From positions 167,532-231,531 of the forward strand of contig JBHLKM010000002.1 in the NCBI GenBank assembly GCA_048886685.1: 64,000 nt of DNA. Direction: 5' to 3'. The translations under genes and the position numbers were made by a program. Positions 1 through 10,957 of the stretch are shown in pieces (position 1 is the stretch's first letter; the number at the start of each line of letters is the position of its first letter). Under the pieces are notes generated by a model that was not told the origin of the DNA, searched no databases, and saw only the letters and a program-made list of their open reading frames with translations. The stretch is from Candidatus Hodarchaeota archaeon (lineage in GTDB: Archaea; Asgardarchaeota; Lokiarchaeia; Sigyniarchaeales; SOKP01).

Positions 1-844
1 CAATTATATCCAAGAAAAAAAGGAATTTACAAACATATTTAAGAAATTGGTAAAAACTAAACAATTTACAAGCACTTTTATAGATCAACCAGAACGCATC
101 AGGATAAGCAAAGAAGATTATGCTTTTTATAACTATTTAGCTAAACCATTAAAAAAACAAAAACCAACGATGGAAAAATTAGTTTGTCACTTTTGCAATG
201 AGGAAGTCTGTCCAGTTTGCACTGACATATATGATATTCCTGTAACTTGTGAGGATTGTAACACTAATTTTCATAATTGTTGCATAACAAATTACACTAT
301 TAACCACAATATTGGCATACCGAATATTCTACGTTGTCCCTCCTGTGATCTACTCTTAAAGATAGACGAAGATGAAATTATTGAAGTTTCTGGAGAAGTA
401 GAGGTGAAATCAGTCAAAGAATTTATGGCAAAAGAGGTATTAGATCAAATTCCTAAACAACTCCCTAAGGTACAACCTCTACCAAAATCAACTCCTACTA
501 TTATGCCAAAAGAAAGTGAAAAATTAGAGCCAATCCCTAAAACTAGTAATTTTGATACTGAAGGTGAGGTTATAAAAACAGTCCGTATTGGGGGATTTTT
601 TGGCAAAGCATACACGGTAAGAAAGATTGGTGATAAAATTGTATATGAAAGAGTGTCAAAACAAGCGACTTTCAAACCTAGTGTTGAGATACAAGAGAAA
701 CCAAAAACTAATGGTTCTTCTAGAACAGTAATTGATAATAAGAACAAAAAGCGACTCAATTTTGTGATTTGTCAACAATGTGGTACACGAGTAAATCCTA
801 ATCAAGATAAAAAATGTCCGAATTGTGGTTTTAGGATATTATAA
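1..844 (+). CDS. 5'-partial vWA-associated Zn-finger (PHD/RING-like) protein with C-terminal zinc ribbon; paralog of 999..2339
   Basis: Frame is open from the window edge (NYIQEKKEFTNIFKKLV...), so the TTG at 47 is probably internal. Contains CxxC-x4-CxxC...CxxC-x4-HxxC...CxxC, a GGFFGK motif and a terminal CxxC-x11-CxxC, all shared in layout with the next gene. Confidence 0.75.
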   Translation, partial: NYIQEKKEFTNIFKKLVKTKQFTSTFIDQPERIRISKEDYAFYNYLAKPLKKQKPTMEKLVCHFCNEEVCPVCTDIYDIPVTCEDCNTNFHNCCITNYTINHNIGIPNILRCPSCDLLLKIDEDEIIEVSGEVEVKSVKEFMAKEVLDQIPKQLPKVQPLPKSTPTIMPKESEKLEPIPKTSNFDTEGEVIKTVRIGGFFGKAYTVRKIGDKIVYERVSKQATFKPSVEIQEKPKTNGSSRTVIDNKNKKRLNFVICQQCGTRVNPNQDKKCPNCGFRIL

Positions 845-998
845 TGTTTTAATAATAAATTTTTGATTCTACCTTTGTTAAGTAAAATTTTTCGTAAATC
901 AGAATTATAATAAATAAAAATAAATACAACTTCTAATATTATTTTCTTATAATTTAAGGATATTTTTCATAGGTTCATATAAATAATTAGGTACTAAG

Positions 999-2339
999 AT
1001 GCTAACTAGGACAAACGCACTAATTTCAGAGGAATTCATCTTTTATATTGATGTAATCACCGATTTTCTTAAGAAAAAATCTATAATAAAAGCAATTAGT
1101 TCTTTCATTAAAGAAAAAGACAAGTTTAACGCTTTAAGTTCATATGGTATAGTAATCTTTCAAAAGGATGATAATCCAGTCAATGAATATGATATAAAAG
1201 ATTCTGAAAATGTATTAAATACTCTTGATGGTGCATGGGAGACACGAGAAAAAACACAGAGTTTTCTAGAAAATGGTTTATATGAAATTCTAGCTTATAT
1301 TTTTAGAAAAAGCAGAGAATCTAGGAAAAATTATCGGATCATTATTATTTCAGATACACCTAGTAAATTATCTGAAGATTATTATAACGCACTTTATGAT
1401 TTACTAATTAAGGCAAAAAAGTTTTCAGCTTTTATTGACATAATTCGAGTCGGAAACAAAAAGTTCTATGAAGATGATGTAAAACTCAAGGTTATATCTA
1501 GTGAAACTCATGGTGGTATGTTCTATTGCCAAGATGAAAAACTCTTGCAAAATATTTTAGGTTCACTAGTTCAAAATAAAAAAGAATTTAAGGTGATAAA
1601 AACAGATGAAATAGATCATGTTTTAGTTGAAGATAAGGTATTTTATGAGAGGCTAGCCGTTGATCTTATAAGTTTATCACCTGATGATGAAGAAATCTGT
1701 ACAATATGTGAACAAGAATTATGTCCTATTTGTGAGATTCATTCCGATGAGATACATAAGTGTTTTAATTGCAATACCAAATTTCATAGTTGCTGTGCAG
1801 CGAAATATTCCATTGTTAAAAATATCGGCTTTCGTCACATTTTTAGATGTCCACAATGCGAAACTCTATTAAAATTAGACGAGGAATATGTGAATCTGGT
1901 CTATGAAGAAGATTTAGAGGAAGAATATCCTGAGATCGAAGCAGAAAGAGAAATTCCCCCCGAACCTAAAGAAATAGAATACGAACAAGAACAAATTGAA
2001 GAAGAAACTTATATAGAAGAAGAGGAACTAGAAAAAGAGGAACTAGAAGAAGAAATTAGACCAGAAGGATTAACACCACCTGCTCTTTCTCCAGAAGCAA
2101 CAAAAAAGGTAAAAGTTGGAGGATTCTTTGGAAAAGAAATCGAGATTAAGTTGAAAAAAGAATCAATGGCAATTCCTGAAGCTTCACAACCAATTGAAGA
2201 AACGCAAAAACCAGTTTCTATTACCACCTTAAAACCACCAAGAAAGAGGGGAGAAGCTTCAATTAAATTATGTAAAATCTGTGGTGCTACACTCCAAAGT
2301 GCGAAAAATTGCCCTATGTGTGGGGCTAAAGTTGATTAA
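999..2339 (+). CDS. vWA-domain protein with PHD/RING-like Cys/His finger, acidic linker and C-terminal zinc ribbon
   Basis: vWA-like elements (FIFYIDV, YGIVIF, RIIIISD, IDIIRVG, LKVISSETHGGMF); CTIC/CPIC/CFNC-x4-HSCC/CPQC; Glu-rich linker; CKIC...CPMC. Confidence 0.75.
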   Translation: MLTRTNALISEEFIFYIDVITDFLKKKSIIKAISSFIKEKDKFNALSSYGIVIFQKDDNPVNEYDIKDSENVLNTLDGAWETREKTQSFLENGLYEILAYIFRKSRESRKNYRIIIISDTPSKLSEDYYNALYDLLIKAKKFSAFIDIIRVGNKKFYEDDVKLKVISSETHGGMFYCQDEKLLQNILGSLVQNKKEFKVIKTDEIDHVLVEDKVFYERLAVDLISLSPDDEEICTICEQELCPICEIHSDEIHKCFNCNTKFHSCCAAKYSIVKNIGFRHIFRCPQCETLLKLDEEYVNLVYEEDLEEEYPEIEAEREIPPEPKEIEYEQEQIEEETYIEEEELEKEELEEEIRPEGLTPPALSPEATKKVKVGGFFGKEIEIKLKKESMAIPEASQPIEETQKPVSITTLKPPRKRGEASIKLCKICGATLQSAKNCPMCGAKVD

Positions 2340-2342
2340 ATA

Positions 2343-2897
2343 TCAGTGAATTTCTAAATCTTCCACAAGATATACTCCTGAAATCTTAGTTTCTTTTACT
2401 GCTATGAATTCTTTTTCCATATTATACGCATATTCTCTTAAAATTTTCAAAAATTCAATTATTTTGTCTTTATGGAAATCATATAAACTTACAGAGACTT
2501 TTTTTTCTGATTTATGATTAAAGAAATGAAAATTATAAACCATAAATGGTTTAAATTCAACTATCTTTAACCTCACTTCGATTTTTTCAAATTCACCCCA
2601 ATAAATAAGAAAATTTGTTCTATAGGGTATTAGAATTTCAATGCATTCACTTGATATAGAGAATTTTCTGAGTTTTCCTGGAGATTTTGTCGCAACATAA
2701 TAATAATATAAAATAAAGATAACAATTAAACCAATACTTACATAAGTGGTGATCTGAGATTCGGGGAATGCAACCATTAAGACTATGTTTAAACTTGCAA
2801 TTGAAAGAATAATCACAAAAATGATCTTACATGAAATCGTTAATTTGCTAAAGTTTTCTCCAGAAAAATCAAATATATCTTTTTTTTCAATCTCCAT
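2343..2897 (-). CDS. hypothetical membrane protein (2 TM plus soluble domain)
   Basis: 184-aa ORF with two N-terminal hydrophobic helices. Confidence 0.6.
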   Translation of the reverse strand: MEIEKKDIFDFSGENFSKLTISCKIIFVIILSIASLNIVLMVAFPESQITTYVSIGLIVIFILYYYYVATKSPGKLRKFSISSECIEILIPYRTNFLIYWGEFEKIEVRLKIVEFKPFMVYNFHFFNHKSEKKVSVSLYDFHKDKIIEFLKILREYAYNMEKEFIAVKETKISGVYLVEDLEIH

Positions 2898-2994
2898 ATT
2901 CTAAACTATTTTAATTAATGTTATATATAAAGTTTAATAAAAAATATTTCAATAGTACAAATATTAGTTTAATTATATAGGCATTATACTTATC

Positions 2995-3786
2995 ATGGTG
3001 AACTACATGGGTATAATAATTCGGGATATGACCAAGGATGATGAATATTATGTTGGTACGTGTACACATGTGAATGAAAACAACAAAGAGCGAGAAGAGT
3101 CTGCTCTTCGTCGTATAACTTGGCTTAAACGGATGGAACTACACGGCTTGAGGACAAAAGTGGCTTTATTAGATGATGTCCATGCGGGATTTATATATGT
3201 TATGCCTATTGAAATAAATCCATGGCAAATCCAAGGAAAAGCATTAATGGTTTTTCCATGTTTAGTTTCGCACTCTAAATTCTCTCTGAAAGGTGTAGGA
3301 AAAGAATTAATTAAAGCGGCAGAGGAAGAAACACTAAAACAACAACGTAAAGGGATAGCAACAATTGGGCATTTTTGGGATTTTTGGTTTATGCCTGCTA
3401 AATACTTTACCACACTTGGATATAAAGTAGCAGCTAAAAGGAGCGAAGAAGCGATTTTATGGAAACAATTTGATTCCAGTGCAGAACGACCTCAATTTAG
3501 AGAAATTAATTACAATTATCAACCAGTACGAGGAAAAGTCGTTGTAGATTTATTTTGGAATACTTTCTGTTTAACAAGCGATGTGGAAGCACAAAGAGTA
3601 AGAGAAGTTGTTTCAGAATATAAAGATGAAGTTGTTCTAAATGAATTTTCCGCCGATAACCAAACAAACCTAAAACAATATGGTCTTTCTAGAAGAATCT
3701 ACGTAAATGGCAAATTAATCGAAGTAGGTTCTGAGATTGAAAAAGAGAAACTAAGGAAAGAGATCGAGTTAGCAAAAATTAAATAG
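2995..3786 (+). CDS. GNAT acetyltransferase with YoaP/thioredoxin-like C-terminal domain
   Basis: AGFIYVMP, CLV...KGVGKELIKAAEE GNAT motif; C-terminal FWNTFC...IYVNGK. Confidence 0.7.
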   Translation: MVNYMGIIIRDMTKDDEYYVGTCTHVNENNKEREESALRRITWLKRMELHGLRTKVALLDDVHAGFIYVMPIEINPWQIQGKALMVFPCLVSHSKFSLKGVGKELIKAAEEETLKQQRKGIATIGHFWDFWFMPAKYFTTLGYKVAAKRSEEAILWKQFDSSAERPQFREINYNYQPVRGKVVVDLFWNTFCLTSDVEAQRVREVVSEYKDEVVLNEFSADNQTNLKQYGLSRRIYVNGKLIEVGSEIEKEKLRKEIELAKIK

Positions 3787-3843
3787 TAATGCATTAAATT
3801 ATCAATAATTAGCTTAATTATGTTAAAAAGATTGGTCCTTTAA

Positions 3844-5184
3844 ATGTTTCTTAAAGATGAGTTAGAGAAATTTCAAAAAGAAAGACCAAAATCGAAGCAA
3901 CTTTGGCAAAGAGCACTTGAAGTTTTACCAGGCGGAATCTCTCACAATATTAGAACTTTTGGTTTAAATTTAATTGGAGGGTTCCCAGTCTTTATTAAAT
4001 CAAGTAAAGGTGCGCGAATTAAAGATATTGACGATAATGAATATATAGATTGTTGGAATGGACACTTTGCGATGATTTTAGGACATAATCCTCCAAAAAT
4101 CCAAAGGCAAATAAAAGATTATCTGGTAGAAGGGTGGCATTTTGGCACGAATACTGAGTATCAAGTGAAACTTGCGGAATCAATTGTTCATGGGAATCCA
4201 GGAATTGAAAAAATTAGATTTTGCGTATCTGGAACAGAAGCAACTATGTATGCATCACGATTAGCCCGAGCTTTTACTAAAAGAAGACTAATAGCTAAAG
4301 CTAAATTGGGATGGCATGGAGCAAACGATACCTTATCTTATGATATTGGAAGTTTAGTAAGTAAAGAAGCATCTCCAGGTCTCCTTAAAGCCGACCAAGC
4401 AGGAATTGTTTCATTTCAGATCAATGATAAGAGTACATTTGATTTAATAAAAGAAAAATCCGATCAACTGGCAGCAATAATATTGGAACCAGTTTTAGGA
4501 GGTGGTGGGGGATTTCCCGTTGACTTAGGATTCTTAAAAAGGTTGAAAGAAGATGCTGAAAAATATGGGATTCTATTGATATTTGATGAAATTATTACTG
4601 GATATCGTTTTACGGACAATCTATATCAGAATACAATAGGAATAATACCTGATTTAACCACTATGGGAAAAATTATTGGTGGAGGAATGCCTATTGGTGC
4701 TGTGGGTGGTCGAAAAGACATTATTGATCAATCGAGTCCTGATGTGGTAAATCAAGTCTTGATTGGAGGTGGAACTTTTTCTGGATATCCACTTAGTATG
4801 ATAGCTGGATTAAAAACCTTGGAAATTTTGAAAAACTCTCATCAAGACTATGTTCGGATAAACAAAGAGGGAGAATTTTTATTGAAAAGTTTAAACCGAT
4901 TTTTTAAAGAATCAAAATCACAACTTATAGCTATAGGACATAAATCTATGGTTATGATACATGGGCTTTCAAAATGGATTGAAGAACCTTCAATGCAAGA
5001 TATATTTTTATTTAAAGACAGAAAACGGGAAGCATTACTTCAATTAGCTCTTTTTAATCGAAAAGTTTCAGGATTACATGGCTTAGGGTCAATATCCATG
5101 GCTCACACTCATGAAAATATCTTAACAATTCAAGAAGTTGTTGAGGACATTGCTGAACCGGTTTCCCAATCGAAATTAGGATAG
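3844..5184 (+). CDS. class III PLP aminotransferase, glutamate-1-semialdehyde aminomutase (HemL)-like
   Basis: LPGG, DIDDNEYID, SGTEATM, LLIFDEIITGYR, PDLTTMGKIIGGGMPIGAVGG, GTFSGYP. Confidence 0.85.
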   Translation: MFLKDELEKFQKERPKSKQLWQRALEVLPGGISHNIRTFGLNLIGGFPVFIKSSKGARIKDIDDNEYIDCWNGHFAMILGHNPPKIQRQIKDYLVEGWHFGTNTEYQVKLAESIVHGNPGIEKIRFCVSGTEATMYASRLARAFTKRRLIAKAKLGWHGANDTLSYDIGSLVSKEASPGLLKADQAGIVSFQINDKSTFDLIKEKSDQLAAIILEPVLGGGGGFPVDLGFLKRLKEDAEKYGILLIFDEIITGYRFTDNLYQNTIGIIPDLTTMGKIIGGGMPIGAVGGRKDIIDQSSPDVVNQVLIGGGTFSGYPLSMIAGLKTLEILKNSHQDYVRINKEGEFLLKSLNRFFKESKSQLIAIGHKSMVMIHGLSKWIEEPSMQDIFLFKDRKREALLQLALFNRKVSGLHGLGSISMAHTHENILTIQEVVEDIAEPVSQSKLG

Positions 5185-5256
5185 ATTAGAAAAAAAAAAG
5201 TAATATTGATATTTTAAAAAATAACCAATATTAATGTTGAAAAAAGGGGAAATTTA

Positions 5257-6282
5257 ATGAAAAAGCCGTTTGATATAGTACAAGTAGGATTAGGACCGAT
5301 GGGTAAAATAATAACAAAACTCCTTCTCCAACGGAAAAATATTAATTTGAGAGGAGTCATTGATATTGATCCTCAACTTTTTGGAAGACATTTAAATGAG
5401 TTTTTTGATATTGAAAAAGAATTAGACTTAACCATTGAATCTGATTTAGATTCCATTCTAATAAGGGAGAACGCTGATGTTGTAATAATAGCCACTTCTT
5501 CTTCTTTAGAAAAAATAATACCAACCATTGAAAGTGCCGTTAAATCAGGAAGTAATGTGATATCGATCTGTGAAGAGTTGTCGTATCCGTTTCAATATAA
5601 CCTTGAACTTGCTAACAAATTAGATGAACTCGCAAAATTGAATAATGTTACAATTGTCGGAACAGGTATAAATCCAGGTTATCTTATGGATCTACTTCCC
5701 ATTGTACTTACGGCTCCATGTCAGAGGATTAGATCAATTACAGTCACAAGAATGATGAATTCTTCTAAAAGAAGAGTATCTTTCCAAAAAAAAATAGGAA
5801 CAGGTTTAAATGTTAATGAGTTTCATAAAAAAATTAGCAATAAAGAAATTACAGGTCATGTTGGATTAACACAATCAATTCAGATGATTTTAGCAGCAAC
5901 GGGTTTAGAGTATGACGAAATAAGCGAATTACCCCCAAAAGAAATAATAACTAATAAAGATCTTTTAACTTCTTATGGGGAAACCGTACCAAAGGGTTAT
6001 GTATGTGGTTTACAAAGTAAAGCTTTTGCAAAAAAAGAAGGAAAACAAGTAATTACTCTAGATTTCATAGCTTACGCTTGGGACCACGAGGAATATGATA
6101 GTATTATAATAGAAGGAGTCCCTACAATAGAACAAAAAATTATTGGTGGAGTTCACGGAGATTTAGGTACTTCAGCTATGGTAGTTAATTTAATACCTAA
6201 GGTGATTATTGCTAGACATGGGTTGCTCACAATGAAAGATCTTCCCGTTCCCTGTAATACTGAAAATTTATGGAAAACATGA
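5257..6282 (+). CDS. 2,4-diaminopentanoate dehydrogenase (Ord)/DapB-like NAD(P)-dependent amine dehydrogenase
   Basis: GLGPMG Rossmann motif, NVISICEELSYP, GTGINPGYLMD, GHVGL, GGVHGDLGT. Confidence 0.75.
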   Translation: MKKPFDIVQVGLGPMGKIITKLLLQRKNINLRGVIDIDPQLFGRHLNEFFDIEKELDLTIESDLDSILIRENADVVIIATSSSLEKIIPTIESAVKSGSNVISICEELSYPFQYNLELANKLDELAKLNNVTIVGTGINPGYLMDLLPIVLTAPCQRIRSITVTRMMNSSKRRVSFQKKIGTGLNVNEFHKKISNKEITGHVGLTQSIQMILAATGLEYDEISELPPKEIITNKDLLTSYGETVPKGYVCGLQSKAFAKKEGKQVITLDFIAYAWDHEEYDSIIIEGVPTIEQKIIGGVHGDLGTSAMVVNLIPKVIIARHGLLTMKDLPVPCNTENLWKT

Positions 6283-6335
6283 ACCTTTATTAGAAATTAA
6301 GAAAAAATTGTTAGATTATGCTTTAGAGGAAATTA

Positions 6336-7322
6336 TTAAAAAGCAGTACTAACAGGAAAATATAGTATAATTGCGAGAATTGCTGACATTGGAAAGGTTA
6401 AAAACCATATTGCCACTATTTTCCACAATCCTTTCTTCATGGGGGCATTACTAGCTTTTGATAAACCTACTAATGATGCTACTAGCATGTGAGAACCAGA
6501 AAGAGGAATTTTTTGAATAGTTCCAATGAGCATGACTGCTGCAGTCGGTACTTGTGCTGCAAATGCAGTACTCGGTCGAAGTTCAGTCATCCTACCTAAG
6601 TTTTTTATAACTATTCTTCCTAAAACTATGATACCAATAGCTAAACTAATACCCGTCATAACTAATAATGCTGTTAGGTTGATATCCTCTCCAACTCCGA
6701 ATACGATTCCAACAGCATTAGAACAATCATTTCCTGCCCTTGAGAAAGCAGTTATGCAAATAACAACTAGAATTATTAGAGCGTATCTATTCTCTGATCT
6801 TTCAAAATCTTGAAATCCATTTAAATGCTTAATCTTATGCCTATTAAGTATAACAACAACGAGGTATGTTATTGTAAAACCTACTACAGGAGACAATATC
6901 CACCACATACTCATCCCTAATATCGTACCCCAATTAACACCATTTCCCTCGCCTAACAATAATCCTAATCCCATTATTGCCCCTATTGTGGCGTGAGTAG
7001 TAGAAATTGGAAGCCCTAAAGCACTGGCTAAAATCAACCAAATCGTAGTTGAGATTAAAATTGTTAACACAACAGCATTCTGCTCAACATCAGTAGCCCC
7101 ATAATCTATTAAAAGAATATCCTCACCTACTGATTTAGCAACACCCTCTCCCAATAATAATGCTCCAAAAATAGCAAAAATCGTTGCCAAAATAAGAATT
7201 TGTTTCATATTAAGAATTCTTGATCCATAAAGCGGAGCCATTGTTTCATCATTAGCACCAATGGCTATTGCGATTAATATGGATATTATTATAAATATAG
7301 TTATTATTACAGCAGGATCCAT
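6336..7322 (-). CDS. pit: PiT family inorganic phosphate transporter
   Basis: GAND and GNDCSNA signature repeats, LPISTTHATIG, multiple TM helices. Confidence 0.9.
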   Translation of the reverse strand: MDPAVIITIFIIISILIAIAIGANDETMAPLYGSRILNMKQILILATIFAIFGALLLGEGVAKSVGEDILLIDYGATDVEQNAVVLTILISTTIWLILASALGLPISTTHATIGAIMGLGLLLGEGNGVNWGTILGMSMWWILSPVVGFTITYLVVVILNRHKIKHLNGFQDFERSENRYALIILVVICITAFSRAGNDCSNAVGIVFGVGEDINLTALLVMTGISLAIGIIVLGRIVIKNLGRMTELRPSTAFAAQVPTAAVMLIGTIQKIPLSGSHMLVASLVGLSKASNAPMKKGLWKIVAIWFLTFPMSAILAIILYFPVSTAF

Positions 7323-7359
7323 ATCACATTCTTCTCCTTACAAATAATGCATTAGCTTT

Positions 7360-8022
7360 TTATTTACTTGGATATTTTACAATTAAGCTTCTTAGGAAAT
7401 CACTAATCTCTTCAGCTCTTACAATCATATCAAAAATCTTTATACATATTTTCGATGTCAGATATACTCGAAGGGATTTTTCCTCTGGTTTTTGATATAA
7501 TAAATCCAAAATTTTATATTTAGTTTCACGACCACTTCTTTTTAACGTCTCAATGTGGAAACTCTTCTGATAAGTCGTTTTAAAATCAATTTCCATAAGA
7601 GTTACCATCTCTACTAATGTTTCAATTGTCTCTTGATATATATCGTTGATTTTTTTCATCTCAGTTTTAATATCATCAAATAGTTTAAAGGGATATACCT
7701 TTAAACCCCTTGCTAGTTCTTCTGAATTATCTGACACAATATCCAAATATTTGATTAATCGATAACGATCCTCAACTAAAAAAGGTAAAGCTCGCTTATC
7801 TTTATATAATATATTGATATAATTTTCTTTAGCAAGGTCTGCATTTTGCTCGCATTGAATTACCTCATCTAATTTATCATTATCTAGCTTACCATTAACA
7901 AGTTCATTAATACAATCATGCAGTAATTGTGAACCTTTTAAAACTTCCGAATGAAATTCATTTGCAGCGTTTAATAATTGACTTCTCTTATCACTTTTTA
8001 GTTTTAACTTCATTTCATTCAC
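7360..8022 (-). CDS. DUF47/PhoU-like phosphate transport regulator
   Basis: Helical protein with EQNAD...LPFLVEDRYRL...D motif, directly upstream of pit on the same strand. Confidence 0.8.
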   Translation of the reverse strand: MNEMKLKLKSDKRSQLLNAANEFHSEVLKGSQLLHDCINELVNGKLDNDKLDEVIQCEQNADLAKENYINILYKDKRALPFLVEDRYRLIKYLDIVSDNSEELARGLKVYPFKLFDDIKTEMKKINDIYQETIETLVEMVTLMEIDFKTTYQKSFHIETLKRSGRETKYKILDLLYQKPEEKSLRVYLTSKICIKIFDMIVRAEEISDFLRSLIVKYPSK

Positions 8023-8194
8023 TTTAAGAATTACTTAATTTTTGATCTAATTGGGTATAATGTCATATTTATTATTTATTTCTTAAAAAAAATTGTATTT
8101 TTACTTTGGTAATAAGGATTTTCTGGAATAAAATAGAAAAAAATATTATATAATTACAATTCTACAACTCTAAATAGGAAATATAAAACGTCTA

Positions 8195-8755
8195 TTGCCA
8201 TTTCTGGAAATAAAATTAGAGGATATAAAATTTGATCCTAAAGTTCAGACCTATTGTATAAGCCCTAATTTCAAATGTCCTAGTTATGGACATTCATGGG
8301 CTTGTCCTCCTGAAGCTCCATATTTAGAAGAAGTAGTCTCAAAATTTAATGATTTTTATTTAATCTATTACGAAATTGATGTGAATGAAAGCATCAAAAA
8401 GAATAAAGCAGATAATCCTGAATTGGATGAAAATGAGATAAAGAATAGGCTTTTAATGGGAAATTTCTTAAGGAATAAATTAGAGAAGGAAATTAATAAA
8501 TTTCTCGAAAATTATCGTAATGAATTTAAACAAAAGCTTATTTTATGGGATGGATTTTGCCGAATCTGTTTTAACGAGGTTGATAATGGATGTACTTATG
8601 ATGATGGTGATCCTTGTCGGTATCCTGATAAAAAACGATATTCTATGGAAGCTGTTGGTATAGATGTTACTAATACTGTTAAAAATCTAAATCTCAATAT
8701 AGAATGGCCACCAACTAATTATGTTTATCGTTTTGGCTTAGTTTGCTTTAAATAA
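8195..8755 (+). CDS. DUF2284 predicted metal-binding protein
   Basis: CPSYGHSWACPP, CRIC, CRYPDKKRYSMEAVGIDV. Confidence 0.8.
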   Translation: MPFLEIKLEDIKFDPKVQTYCISPNFKCPSYGHSWACPPEAPYLEEVVSKFNDFYLIYYEIDVNESIKKNKADNPELDENEIKNRLLMGNFLRNKLEKEINKFLENYRNEFKQKLILWDGFCRICFNEVDNGCTYDDGDPCRYPDKKRYSMEAVGIDVTNTVKNLNLNIEWPPTNYVYRFGLVCFK

Positions 8756-8854
8756 TAAAAATTCTCCAATTACTATTCAATATATATTGCTAATAAAAAC
8801 TGGACTCCAATTTTTTTTTAATAGTATAAATATTATTTTTATTTAAGAATAACT

Positions 8855-9364
8855 ATGAATATTGATTGGAGTATGTTTCAAACTGGTTGGGATTATTTAT
8901 GGGAAGATCCCGTTGGATGGTTTTTAGAATTACCCTTGCTTAGCCAGATTTTTGTTATCATTGGAATTATTGTACTCACTATACTTGCTGTTGTTTTAGT
9001 TTATTATATTTTGAAAGGGGTAGCATACTTATTATATTACTTGTTTAAAGGATTATATTACCTTTTTAAGGGTATTTTCCTTGGCCTTTATAAATTATTT
9101 CAGGCATTATACTATGCTATTTCAGGAAAACCTAAGAAAAAAGAAGAAATGATACCACAAAGTCCCGGAACTCCAACAATTTCTCCTCAACAAGTAAATA
9201 ATTTAATCGAAAGAAATGAGATAAGAATTCCTAGCTATTGTACTGAATGTGGACAAAAAATTACAGAATCAATGGAATCCCTTCTAACCTCAAGAGGTAT
9301 AGCCTTCTGTTTTTATTGCGGCAAGCAATTTGAATTGAAAGTTGCTGAAAATCCTAGGTATTAG
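8855..9364 (+). CDS. membrane protein with C-terminal zinc ribbon
   Basis: Hydrophobic N-terminal half with repeated YYLFKG; CTECG...CFYCG. Confidence 0.65.
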   Translation: MNIDWSMFQTGWDYLWEDPVGWFLELPLLSQIFVIIGIIVLTILAVVLVYYILKGVAYLLYYLFKGLYYLFKGIFLGLYKLFQALYYAISGKPKKKEEMIPQSPGTPTISPQQVNNLIERNEIRIPSYCTECGQKITESMESLLTSRGIAFCFYCGKQFELKVAENPRY

Positions 9365-9407
9365 AACTTATCTTATTTAAAAAAATAAAAAAAAAAAGAA
9401 TCATTAC

Positions 9408-10739
<1,332 letters not shown>

Positions 10740-10957
10740 AAGTTTTTTCCACTGAAATTTTTTTTAAAATTGTATCACTTAGTCTAATCCAAAAAAGAGT
10801 ATTATAAACAGTTTAAAAAAGTTTTGGTATAGAGAAATAGATATGTAATGATTTTTATATTTGAATTTTCTTTAGAGACATAACCTTATTTTAATAAGCT
10901 ATTAATAATGAATGAATCCCCCTTTAGAGAGATTATTTCTTTAAAGACTCCAAAAAT

